Part shown: positions 49,791-58,671 of the stretch, piece by piece | How the letters are laid out: each line of letters starts with the position of its first letter | How positions within the stretch are numbered: position 1 is the stretch's first letter | Translations under genes and position numbers: made by a program | Assembly: GCA_965198115.1 (NCBI GenBank) | Contig: OZ240241.1 | Span: 2,976,001-3,040,000, forward strand | Direction of reading: 5' to 3' | DNA length: 64,000 nucleotides | DNA from: Candidatus Latescibacterota bacterium | Lineage (GTDB): Bacteria; Latescibacterota; UBA2968 | The notes under the pieces: model-generated | Told to the model about the DNA's origin: nothing | Database searches by the model: none | The model's input: only the letters and a program-made list of their open reading frames with translations

Positions 49791-49950
49791 CCCCGTGCTC
49801 TACACTGAGACCATGAAAGATAAGCGGAAAGGCGCCCTCGTGCAGAGCACGAGGGCGAGCATGGCGCATTATATATTTTTAAGAAAAACAATGCGTTGCG
49901 CTCGTCCCTGTGCCTGTCCCGAGCTTGTCGAAGGGCTCTACACAGGGACG
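49791..49950. repeat. Cluster of REP-like hairpins inside the operon, one carrying a nested repeat
   Basis: CGCCCTCGTGC-AGA-GCACGAGGGCG perfect stem; CGTCCCTGTG...CACAGGGACG stem split by CCTGTCCCGAGCTTGTCGAAGGG. Confidence 0.7.
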
Positions 49951-49992
49951 TATAGATGGTTCCGTCTGGGGCGTCACCGACCCTCGCAGGCG

Positions 49993-51228
49993 CTACACCC
50001 AAGACGCTCCGGGCAACGCACAACTCTTCGACATCGACTCGAACAGGGGTGTCACGTCGACCCGGTAGACCTTCCCGCTCAGGATATCGACGATGTGCTG
50101 CTGGCACTCCGGATTCGCTTTCAAAAATTCACCGAAGCTGAAATCCTCGGAGTAGAACGCGTAGACCAGTTTCCGAATCGATTCCATGCCTTGAAGATAC
50201 TCGGTCAGGAATCGGCCGAGACGCTCGCCCGAAAGGTCCCCCTCCCGAAGACCATCGACGATCGCATCGGCCGCCATTTCGCCCGATTTGAGCGCCAGAA
50301 AGATGCCGGATGAATAAACGGGATCGAGGAATCCGAACGCGTCGCCCACGAGCACCCAGCCCTCTCCCGCAATACGGTCGGCTCGATACGAGAAGTCGCG
50401 CGTCGTTTTCATCGGAAAGACCTGCGTCGCGCACGACAGTCGGTCGACCATCGGCGCGCACAACGCCAACTCCCGCTCAAAAATGCCCTGGGCGTCGAGC
50501 GACCGGTCGTTGAACAGGTAATCGATGTCCCCCACGATTCCCACACTCACCCGATTCTCCAGCAACGGGATATACCAGAACCAGCTGTCCCTGTTGGCCG
50601 TCGTCAGAATGAGCGTTGCCCCCTCGTCGATGCCTTCGTCGCGGATGCCGTTTTCGTAGTGCGTGAAAACGGAAGCCTTCCGCAAGGAGGGCTCCGCTCG
50701 GATGATCTTCAGCTTGCGCGAAAGCAGCGCGCTCTGACCGCTTGCGTCTACGACGACGCTACACCCGTGTTCTTCGCTCTCGCCACTCGCCATCTTCACA
50801 CGAACGCCCGTCGCCCGACCGTCGTCGAACAGCACCTCGAGCACTGATGCACGCAGAACGACGTCCACGCCCTTCTCCGACGCGTGGTCCTGCATCATCC
50901 GATCGAAATCGCTGCGCAGTACCTGCCACGTCACCGAACTCTCGTGCGGGTCGTTCTCGTTGAAATAGAAGGGCGCCGATGCCCGCCCGGACGCACCGTA
51001 AAATTGAACGCTGTATTTACGTGGATAAGCTGTCTTCGCCAGCTTTTCGAGCAGCCCCAGACGCTCGAACGTCCAATACGTACCGGGCATCAGGGACTCG
51101 CCGATTTTGAACGTCGGTTCGGCGTTCCGTTCGAACAACCGAACATCAAAGCCGGCGTCGGCCACGAGTGCGGCCGTCGTCGTACCCGCTGGGCCCCCTC
51201 CGACCACGATCACGTCCGGATCTGCCAT
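49993..51228 (-). CDS. Flavin-dependent halogenase family protein
   Basis: GGGPAG, IGESL.P, Lys in YPRKYS at the catalytic position, WxWxIP (WFWYIP) and GDAFGFLDPVYSSG. Confidence 0.85.
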   Translation of the reverse strand: MADPDVIVVGGGPAGTTTAALVADAGFDVRLFERNAEPTFKIGESLMPGTYWTFERLGLLEKLAKTAYPRKYSVQFYGASGRASAPFYFNENDPHESSVTWQVLRSDFDRMMQDHASEKGVDVVLRASVLEVLFDDGRATGVRVKMASGESEEHGCSVVVDASGQSALLSRKLKIIRAEPSLRKASVFTHYENGIRDEGIDEGATLILTTANRDSWFWYIPLLENRVSVGIVGDIDYLFNDRSLDAQGIFERELALCAPMVDRLSCATQVFPMKTTRDFSYRADRIAGEGWVLVGDAFGFLDPVYSSGIFLALKSGEMAADAIVDGLREGDLSGERLGRFLTEYLQGMESIRKLVYAFYSEDFSFGEFLKANPECQQHIVDILSGKVYRVDVTPLFESMSKSCALPGASWV

Positions 51229-51231
51229 CCC

Positions 51232-52539
51232 CTAATCCGCTCCATCGTCCCGATGATCGTTCACCCGTTGCGCCTTCAGTTCGAACCGGGGCAGACTCCC
51301 TGGCAACGCCGCCTGCACCGAGGTCCGGAGCGCGAGTGCATCTCGAAGCGTGCGGCCTATGCGTTCACACACAGCGTCGGCCAGCGACGGCTGCGCCTCG
51401 ACACGCACCTCGATATCATCCATCGTGCCCCTTCGAAACACGTCGACCGCGAACTCACCCGCCCCCTCGCAAGCCCGAATCACATTCTCGATCGCACTCG
51501 GGTAAACATTCACACCTCTAACGATCAGCGCATCGTCCATCCGTCCGATCACACCCCCCTCGAGTCGTCGATACGTTCGGCCGCACGAACACATCTCCGG
51601 GTGAAGCCGCACGCGGTCCCCCGTCCGGTAACGTAGAACCGGCGACCCGACCCGACCCAGGTTCGTGATAACGAGCTCTCCCTCGTCCGTCGACGCTCCG
51701 GTCTCCGGATCGATGACCTCAAAGATGAACTCACCCTCATTCAGATGGAGCCCGGCCTGTTGCGAACACTCGTAACTCCACGGTCCCACTTCGGTCGCGC
51801 CCGCGTGATCGTAGCAGCGTGCCCCCCACGCCGCTTCGATCCTGGCACGTGTCGACGCCAGTCCCGCGCCCGGCTCTCCACCGTGAATCGTGACCTGTAT
51901 ATCCGATCCCGCCAGGTCGATGCCTTCTGCCTCGGCCACTTCCGCCAGACGGAGTGCGTAGGTCGGTGTGGAGCAAAGGACCGTCGCGCCGTTATCCAAA
52001 ATCGCCTGCAGACGCTGCACGGAATCCATCGTCCCCCCGGGAATGGCCATGGCACCGATTCGTTGACAGCCCTCGAAGGCGCTCCAAAACCCGATGAAGG
52101 GGCCGAATCCGAACGCGAAGAAAACACGGTCCCGGGAAGTCAGTCCAGCCGCGCGAAAAACCGATACCCAGCCCTTCGTGAACCACGACCATCCCGGTTC
52201 GTCGTCCATCCAACGAAGGGGTGTCCCTGTCGTCCCCGACGTCTGATGGACACGCACGTATCGATCGATCGGATGAGTCAGATTCGTGCCGAAGGGAGGA
52301 TGGTCTGCCTGGTCGTCCGACAGCTCTTCCTTCGTCGTAAACGGCACATCGACAAGAGAGTCGGGCGTCACGTCGCGCGAACGTTCGATCCCCGAGCCGA
52401 TCAATTTTTGCCTGTAGAAGGGGTTGGACACAAGAAGCGTGTCGATCATGTTGCCGAGCCGATCGAACTGGGACTCGACAAGGGCTACGCGATCGGCACG
52501 TTCGGTGTGGGTGACCGTCTCATCCGCTGACGTGTTCAT
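51232..52539 (-). CDS. Phenylacetate--CoA ligase (PaaK) family adenylating enzyme
   Basis: PFTTK, TSGTTG, TPTYAL, DHAGATE, RYRTGD, GRMDD and RGVNVYPS.IE motifs. Confidence 0.9.
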   Translation of the reverse strand: MNTSADETVTHTERADRVALVESQFDRLGNMIDTLLVSNPFYRQKLIGSGIERSRDVTPDSLVDVPFTTKEELSDDQADHPPFGTNLTHPIDRYVRVHQTSGTTGTPLRWMDDEPGWSWFTKGWVSVFRAAGLTSRDRVFFAFGFGPFIGFWSAFEGCQRIGAMAIPGGTMDSVQRLQAILDNGATVLCSTPTYALRLAEVAEAEGIDLAGSDIQVTIHGGEPGAGLASTRARIEAAWGARCYDHAGATEVGPWSYECSQQAGLHLNEGEFIFEVIDPETGASTDEGELVITNLGRVGSPVLRYRTGDRVRLHPEMCSCGRTYRRLEGGVIGRMDDALIVRGVNVYPSAIENVIRACEGAGEFAVDVFRRGTMDDIEVRVEAQPSLADAVCERIGRTLRDALALRTSVQAALPGSLPRFELKAQRVNDHRDDGAD

Positions 52540-52552
52540 CGCGTCTTGGAGA

Positions 52553-53905
52553 TCAGGTATAGCGTGCGTTGCGGTAGGCGGCGTCGTAGAACCGGGGCAA
52601 CAGCTGATCGACCCGCAGCAGGCCGCGGCGGCTCAGCTGGACCCGGTCGGCTGAGACCGAAAGCATGCCATCGTCCTCCAGCCCGGAATAGACCGTCCCG
52701 AACTTGCTCAGAATATCCTCTCCGAACTTGCCGCTGAAGTAGGAGGGCTCGATCGTGCCCAGCTTGAGCTGAAGGATCATCTCACGAGTCAGAAGTTCCT
52801 CGGCGGAAGGAATGAACCCACGTCCGACTGGAAGCCGGCCCTCGGCCAGATCGTTCAGATAGGGGTCCCACCCCGTCTTGTTCTGGTAATGAACCCCACC
52901 GACGTGGGAAAAGGAGGCGACACCCGTTCCGATCATATCCGAGCTGCGCCATAGGGCGTCGCGATAGACGAACCCGCCGGGCCGTCCGTTCTTCGACAGG
53001 GTATACGCGCTCGTCGCCCGATAGCCTGCAAGCTCGAACCGCTCGATGGCGTAGTCGTGCCAGGCTCGCTTCGTCTCCCAGTCCGCGACGTTGGGAGCCC
53101 CTGCCGCGTCGTCCCTCAACGCCTTCGAATAGGTCGTGTTGAACGGCAATTCCATCTGGTAAATCGTCACCGTGTCCGCGTCGATGTCGATCGCTCGAGA
53201 TACGGTCTCGCACCAGGTCTCCCACGTCTCCCCGACCATGCCCGAGATCAGATCGATGTTGACCCACGGGAAATCCAGCGCCTCGATCCAGGGAAGGACT
53301 TCTTCGATCTCCTGCCGGAGATGGGCCCGTCCGTTTTCCCTGAGGATGTCGTCGTTCATGTTCTCCACACCCAGACTCAGACGCGTCACGCCGATCTTGC
53401 GAATCGCCTCGAGCTTCGGCTGACTCAAAGTGCCCGGTTCGCACTCGAACGCGACCTCTCGGGTGCGCCTCCACGGAAACACGGCTTTGACCCGTTCGAC
53501 GAGCGTCTCCAGATGCTTGACGCTGATGTAGGACGGCGTGCCACCCCCGAAATACACGAAGTCCAGGTGCCGTCCTTCGAACCGTGCTTTTGTGCCGTTC
53601 ATCTCCACTTCAGCGGCTAGGGCTTCCAGATAGGTGTCGATGTCACGCGCGTTCTTGTCGGTGTAGACGCGAAAGTAGCAGAACTTGCAACGCTTCCTGC
53701 AAAAGGGAATGTGAAGATACAGCCCCACCGGTGTGTCGGGATCCCCCTTCGCGTCGAGCGACGACAGGGCTCGTTCCACAACATCCTCTTCCCAGAACGA
53801 ATAGGGTGGGTAGTTCGACACGAACACACTGCCCACGTCTGTCTTCTTCCAGTCTCGGGCGGTCGTTGCGGGCTCCGCGAGGATGACGTCTGCGACTTCA
53901 GCCAT
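52553..53905 (-). CDS. HemN-like (class C) radical SAM enzyme
   Basis: LYLHIPFCRKRCKFC, YFGGGTPS, RLSLGVE and NIDLI.G motifs; HemN-like C-terminal domain. Confidence 0.9.
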   Translation of the reverse strand: MAEVADVILAEPATTARDWKKTDVGSVFVSNYPPYSFWEEDVVERALSSLDAKGDPDTPVGLYLHIPFCRKRCKFCYFRVYTDKNARDIDTYLEALAAEVEMNGTKARFEGRHLDFVYFGGGTPSYISVKHLETLVERVKAVFPWRRTREVAFECEPGTLSQPKLEAIRKIGVTRLSLGVENMNDDILRENGRAHLRQEIEEVLPWIEALDFPWVNIDLISGMVGETWETWCETVSRAIDIDADTVTIYQMELPFNTTYSKALRDDAAGAPNVADWETKRAWHDYAIERFELAGYRATSAYTLSKNGRPGGFVYRDALWRSSDMIGTGVASFSHVGGVHYQNKTGWDPYLNDLAEGRLPVGRGFIPSAEELLTREMILQLKLGTIEPSYFSGKFGEDILSKFGTVYSGLEDDGMLSVSADRVQLSRRGLLRVDQLLPRFYDAAYRNARYT

Positions 53906-55010
53906 CGTTACGATCCAGATCAGGTTTTCCGAAACAGTAGAACACGCCGTCATCGCTCCCGATGTAGAGTCGATTCAGATCCACGGCCGGCGACGCGGTG
54001 AAGGATCCGCCTCCCGTGAATCGCCATCGAAGTTCGCCCGAAAACCGGTCCAAAAATACGATTTCCCCGTGCTGTGTCGCGACCACCAGCCGATCCCCCA
54101 CCACAACCGGTGAAGCGTCCACTCGGGCACCGGCGTTGTAGATCCACAGCGCTTCTCCCGTTCTGGGGTCGAGCGCGTGCACCATGCGATCCCGTCCGCC
54201 GATGTAGAGCAGCTCCGCGGTGATGGCGGGCGAAGAGTAGAAAGGGAAATGACGTTCGAGGTGCTCGTAGTGCCACAAAACGTCGCCCTGTGCCAGGTCG
54301 ACCGCCATCACCTGGTTTCCGAACGTCCCGAAATAGGCCACTTCGCCAAGCAGGGCGGGGCTCGACCCGACATAGTCCCCGACATCGATCGTCCGGTCCG
54401 CCTCGCCGGTTCCCACTCGGACCCCTCGCATGAATCCGTCGCATCCGGCGACATAGCACCGCCCGGCGTGCAGGACGGGCGTCGCGTGAACGTAGCCATC
54501 CGTCTCGACTTTCCACGCCACACTACCCGTGGTCCGGTCGAGCCCGTAGAGGAAATTGTCATACGAACCGAACACCACGCGGTCGTCCACCACACGTGCG
54601 GACGAGGTAACCCCACCCTCCAACCGCGTGATCCAGACGCCCTCCCCCGTCTTTGCGTCGACCGCGTGAAACGCGCCCGATTCGTCACCCGCGTAGACGA
54701 CGCCCTCGACCACGGTCGGTGACGACTTCACTTCTCCGGCGGCTACGTAAGACCAGATCGCTTCACCCGTCAAGGCATCGAGCCCGTAGAGCTTTCCGTC
54801 CAGGCCGCCAAAGTAGACCCGACCGGCGACGACCGCAGCAGTGGATTCGATCGGCTCCTCGACCTCGAACGTCCACAACACGACCACGGAATCCGGCAAT
54901 GACGATGTGGCGACCCCGGTACTCCTCGGGTTGCCCCTAAAACTGGGCCACTCCGCGTCCACCGTCTGCCAGGCGGCAAGGGCAATCAGGAAACTACAGA
55001 GCAGCCGCAT
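53898..55010 (-). CDS. Secreted PQQ-binding-like beta-propeller (BamB-like, regular repeats)
   Basis: Signal peptide MRLLCSFL; WPSFRGN motif; about 8 repeats of SSP.V....VY.G..DG..YA.D..TG...W. Confidence 0.9.
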   Translation of the reverse strand: MRLLCSFLIALAAWQTVDAEWPSFRGNPRSTGVATSSLPDSVVVLWTFEVEEPIESTAAVVAGRVYFGGLDGKLYGLDALTGEAIWSYVAAGEVKSSPTVVEGVVYAGDESGAFHAVDAKTGEGVWITRLEGGVTSSARVVDDRVVFGSYDNFLYGLDRTTGSVAWKVETDGYVHATPVLHAGRCYVAGCDGFMRGVRVGTGEADRTIDVGDYVGSSPALLGEVAYFGTFGNQVMAVDLAQGDVLWHYEHLERHFPFYSSPAITAELLYIGGRDRMVHALDPRTGEALWIYNAGARVDASPVVVGDRLVVATQHGEIVFLDRFSGELRWRFTGGGSFTASPAVDLNRLYIGSDDGVFYCFGKPDLDRNDG

Positions 55011-56106
55011 ACAGGGCCTCGAACGCGCGGGCGTTGACAGGTCGAGGGTTGTGGGTGCCCGTCCACTGTTCAACGGCGTCCGCCGCCAGCGAGGGAAGTG
55101 CATTCTGTTCGACGCCGCACGAACCCAGCCGTTCGGGCAACTCACCGAGGGCTCTGAGGGTCGTGACGCGATCGATCAACCGGTCGACCCCTACCCCCAA
55201 ACCATCGTAGAGCGATGAGTCACCGGCGGCGTTGTAGGCGATCACGTGCGGCAACATCACCGCGACAGCGGCCCCGTGGGCAAGTCCATAACGTGCCGTC
55301 AAGGGATTGGCGCACGCGTGGGCCGCCCCCAGCATCGAAGCCTCGATCGCTGCACCTGCAAAATGGGCGCCCACGAGCACGTCCCCAGCTGTGTCGACAT
55401 CGTCCGGTTTTCCGTAATGTCGCTCGAACGACCCATCGAGCAGACGCCAGGCCTCCCGTGCGAACAGACGCGAGACGGGATTGCGGGTCCGCGTTACGTA
55501 GCTCTCCAAGGAGTGGGCCACGGCATCCAGACCCGTCGCTGCCCGCACCGCCAGGGGCGTCGAAGCGATCAGGGTTGGATCCAGCAGGACCGCTCCGAAA
55601 CGCATCTTGCGATCGCCGCACGCCATCTTCTCGTGCGTGTCGGGCCGCGTAATCAGCGCGTAGGACTGTGCTTCGCTCCCCGTTCCAGCCGTCGTGGGAA
55701 TACCGATCGACGGCAGCAACGCAACTCGTGCCTTGCCAAACCCCTCGTAGTCCTCGACGCGTCCCCCGTTGGTTAGCACCAGGTTGATCGCTTTGGCGCT
55801 GTCCATGGCACTCCCGCCGCCGAGCCCCACGATGGCGTCCGGTGAAAAGGCACGGGCAGCACGCACACCCTCATCGACGACCTCGGAAGTCGGGTTGGGA
55901 TGCACGTCGCCAAAGACGTGGACGGACCGACTTCCTTCTTTCAGCACGCTTGCGAGTTCATCGACCAGACCGGCGCAGACAACACCCGGGTCGGTGACGA
56001 CCAAAACCCGGCGACACGCCATTTCATCGACGACGCGACTAGCGTCGCTCGCAACACCTGGGCCGAATCGGACGTGGATCGATGGATCGTAGGCGAAAGG
56101 GAGCAA
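54994..56106 (-). CDS. Iron-containing alcohol dehydrogenase
   Basis: GGGSAMD, PTTAGTGSE and metal ligands DAVAH / AHACA / HG.A. Confidence 0.92.
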   Translation of the reverse strand: MLPFAYDPSIHVRFGPGVASDASRVVDEMACRRVLVVTDPGVVCAGLVDELASVLKEGSRSVHVFGDVHPNPTSEVVDEGVRAARAFSPDAIVGLGGGSAMDSAKAINLVLTNGGRVEDYEGFGKARVALLPSIGIPTTAGTGSEAQSYALITRPDTHEKMACGDRKMRFGAVLLDPTLIASTPLAVRAATGLDAVAHSLESYVTRTRNPVSRLFAREAWRLLDGSFERHYGKPDDVDTAGDVLVGAHFAGAAIEASMLGAAHACANPLTARYGLAHGAAVAVMLPHVIAYNAAGDSSLYDGLGVGVDRLIDRVTTLRALGELPERLGSCGVEQNALPSLAADAVEQWTGTHNPRPVNARAFEALYAAAL

Positions 56107-56129
56107 GGGGACGTCCGCGGCGTAGCCGA

Positions 56130-57554
56130 TCAGGACGCACGCTGCAGAGCGCGCTGAACGTAGAGGTGCTCGAAAAGGTTACCTTCGTGGGGCTGATCCC
56201 ACGATACCACGTGTGTTCCAAGGGGCCCGATGTTCAGTCGTTCGATCTTCGGGCTTCCGAGCAGATCTTCGGTGAACGTGTCGTCTTCCGTGATCGCCGA
56301 CACCGCCAGCGACGGACCGATGGCATCGAGCAGGTCGGATTGCGGCACTTCCACGACGCTCGCGAACGGGAACAAAAACTCCGTATCGGCCAGCGGGTGC
56401 CCCGGCTCCGCGCGCACGATCGTCGGCACGAGAAAGGTCAATCCGTCCAGGACCTGCAAGCGGTCGTTCCGAAAGTTCGCGGAGACCTCCGTTGCCCCGT
56501 CGTGGCGAAGATAGGTGTCGATCGTGTTCGAAATCGCTTCCGCGAAAGACGGGTTGCCGAAGGCCGCAAGGCCGGCCTCCGGATCGTCGAGTCTTCGCGG
56601 GACCAGGTCGGCCAGCCGCTCGGCAAGCGCCGCAGCCACCTCATCGCCACGCGAAGGAACCCATACGCTCGACGCGTTGATGCACGACCGCCCTCCGTTG
56701 ATCGCGATCGAATCCGCGACCACGTCGATGTGATCCTCCCACCGATCGATCGTGTCTGCCCCGATCAGGACTTTGCTCTGTCCTGGGCCGTGAATCTGCA
56801 CACGCGGATCGTCTAGCCAGGGAGCGACGGTCGCACCGCCCCCGAAGAGCATCGATCGATCGCAGCGAAGAAGAATCTCCGTCACACCACCGTGATCCGT
56901 CGGATAGAAGCTGAAAGCCTCCTTCGGGCACCCTGCCTTGAAGAACGCCTGCGCGATGCGGTAGGGCGTCCACGGTTCCTCCCGCCCGGGCTTGAGCACC
57001 AGCGGCACCTTGAGCGCGATCGACGGGACCCAGAGCGAATGAACCCCCGGTGAGTTGCTAGGAAGGATCTCCCCAAGCGCGCTGGATTGACAGATGTAGC
57101 TCAGAGGGCGTCCACCCTGGACCGTCCACCCCTCGTCGAGCACGGTCAGGTCCAGACCGCGAGTCAGCCCATCGAGAATCTGATCCACGTCCGACAACGC
57201 CTTGTAGATCTTGTCGACGTTCCGACGTACGAGCGCTTCGGGCATGCCCGTCGTGCCCGACAGCGACCGAACGTAGTCGTCGAGCGTCTGTTCGCCCTCG
57301 CCGACCGGGAGCGTATCGTGCACGAACGACTCGGCCGCCATCTTCGAAACTTCGATCAGTTCGGCGACCGGTACCTCGGCCAACCGCGCACGGTGTTCGG
57401 CCATCCGGTTGAGGTCCCGCGCGACGAGACCGCGGTTGGCCTGGCTCACCTCCACCAACGGCTCCTGCGTCTGGATGTGGGCAACGGTCGTCTTGTTCAG
57501 ACTCTCGTAGACCGATCCAGCGCGCAAGATCGGGAGATGAATCGGCGCCGACAT
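56130..57554 (-). CDS. Aldehyde-dehydrogenase-fold acyl reductase (EhpG/LuxC-like)
   Basis: PSNSP, LKPG, catalytic Cys in NGGRSCIN, EFLFP; HGPG in place of the hydrolytic ELGG. Confidence 0.8.
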   Translation of the reverse strand: MSAPIHLPILRAGSVYESLNKTTVAHIQTQEPLVEVSQANRGLVARDLNRMAEHRARLAEVPVAELIEVSKMAAESFVHDTLPVGEGEQTLDDYVRSLSGTTGMPEALVRRNVDKIYKALSDVDQILDGLTRGLDLTVLDEGWTVQGGRPLSYICQSSALGEILPSNSPGVHSLWVPSIALKVPLVLKPGREEPWTPYRIAQAFFKAGCPKEAFSFYPTDHGGVTEILLRCDRSMLFGGGATVAPWLDDPRVQIHGPGQSKVLIGADTIDRWEDHIDVVADSIAINGGRSCINASSVWVPSRGDEVAAALAERLADLVPRRLDDPEAGLAAFGNPSFAEAISNTIDTYLRHDGATEVSANFRNDRLQVLDGLTFLVPTIVRAEPGHPLADTEFLFPFASVVEVPQSDLLDAIGPSLAVSAITEDDTFTEDLLGSPKIERLNIGPLGTHVVSWDQPHEGNLFEHLYVQRALQRAS

Positions 57555-57592
57555 CAATAAACCCCGTTCCAGAAGAACTTCGCAAAAATCAT
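57554..57592 (-). CDS. 12-codon mini-ORF MIFAKFFWNGVY, coupled by TGATG overlaps at both ends
   Basis: ATG shares base 57592 with the upstream stop; its TGA shares base 57554 with the next ATG; translation not demonstrated. Confidence 0.4.
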   Translation of the reverse strand: MIFAKFFWNGVY

Positions 57593-58671
57593 CAATAAAC
57601 CCCGACTACGACGGACTCCTGCAACGCGCTGAAAAGACGGAGGTTTTCGACGCCGTCCCACGGGTAGGCGTCGATCGGCCGTGCTCGCTCGGCTTCATCT
57701 CGCTCGAGGAATCGGGGAATGAAAAATTCCTTCGTCAGCGTGGTCAGCGCGACACGCCCTGTCTGGTCGTAATCTACAAGACGTGATGGATCATCCGGAT
57801 CGACCAGCTCGATCACGGCGCGTGGGTTCGGTGGATAGTAAGTGATCGCGTAGTTATCCGCCGGGTCGAACGGCTTGGAATGAGCCAGACCCATCAACGT
57901 ATTCCCGTAGGTCGGCACGAACGCGATTCCCGGAATCAGTTCTTCTCGTGCGAACCGGTTGAACTGGGCGTCCATCTCCGTTCCACCGCAGAAGATCCCT
58001 CTGATTCCCATCTTCTCGAGGGAGATTTTCTCACAGAGCGCATCGAGCAGCTTGGGCGTCGTGAAGATGCACTGGACGTTGTCGTTCGCCCGCAGAATCG
58101 TCAATGCTTGATCGATCGCGTGGTTCTTGTAGGCCTCCAGCTCCTGCATCTTACCGGCCTTGATCAATTTGTTGACCCAACGTGGGTCCAGATCGACCAG
58201 GAAACAGATACCCCCACGAACCTGCGCGAGGTACTCCACGGCCAACCTCAGCCGACGCGGCCCCGTGGGTCCGAGCATGAGCCAGTCGGCCCCCTTCGGG
58301 AATCCGTCGTCCGGAAGGTGGTCGCTGAACATCCGGTAATCGATCTTGTAATCTTCGATGTTGATTCGGTACTTCGGCACACCCGTCGATCCACCCGTCT
58401 CGAAAACCGAGACGGGTCTGTCTGCCATGCCCTTCGGCACCCACCGCCGCACGGGCCCACCCCTCAACCACTCATCCTCGAAATGCCCCAACGACTGGAG
58501 GTCCTCGAATTTTTCGATCCTGTCACGCGGGTCGAAATCCAACCGATCGGCGTAGTCCAACCAGAAAGGACAGCCGGTATCCGGATTGAAGTGCCAAGCC
58601 ACCATCTCGCGAACGTGGGCGTCGAGCGTCTCCTTCGCATCCCGAACTCTGGATTCCAAAGAGTCCGTCAT
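57592..58671 (-). CDS. EhpF-like atypical ANL adenylating enzyme (LuxE/PaaK-related, no C-terminal subdomain)
   Basis: WHF...TG.PFWL, FDP, ETGGSTG.PK, PTGP, DLDPRWV, TTP, GGTE, YG.T, ERD and terminal GVY match my recollection of EhpF. Confidence 0.8.
   Translation of the reverse strand: MTDSLESRVRDAKETLDAHVREMVAWHFNPDTGCPFWLDYADRLDFDPRDRIEKFEDLQSLGHFEDEWLRGGPVRRWVPKGMADRPVSVFETGGSTGVPKYRINIEDYKIDYRMFSDHLPDDGFPKGADWLMLGPTGPRRLRLAVEYLAQVRGGICFLVDLDPRWVNKLIKAGKMQELEAYKNHAIDQALTILRANDNVQCIFTTPKLLDALCEKISLEKMGIRGIFCGGTEMDAQFNRFAREELIPGIAFVPTYGNTLMGLAHSKPFDPADNYAITYYPPNPRAVIELVDPDDPSRLVDYDQTGRVALTTLTKEFFIPRFLERDEAERARPIDAYPWDGVENLRLFSALQESVVVGVY

Noticed and set aside
52553-53905. Calling this gene hemN for heme biosynthesis
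   Set aside because: No hem genes nearby and it is embedded among tailoring enzymes; HemN-like proteins are functionally diverse, so no symbol was given
56130-58671. luxC/luxE bioluminescence genes
   Set aside because: No luxA/B/D in the window, and the motifs fit the EhpF-type subfamily better
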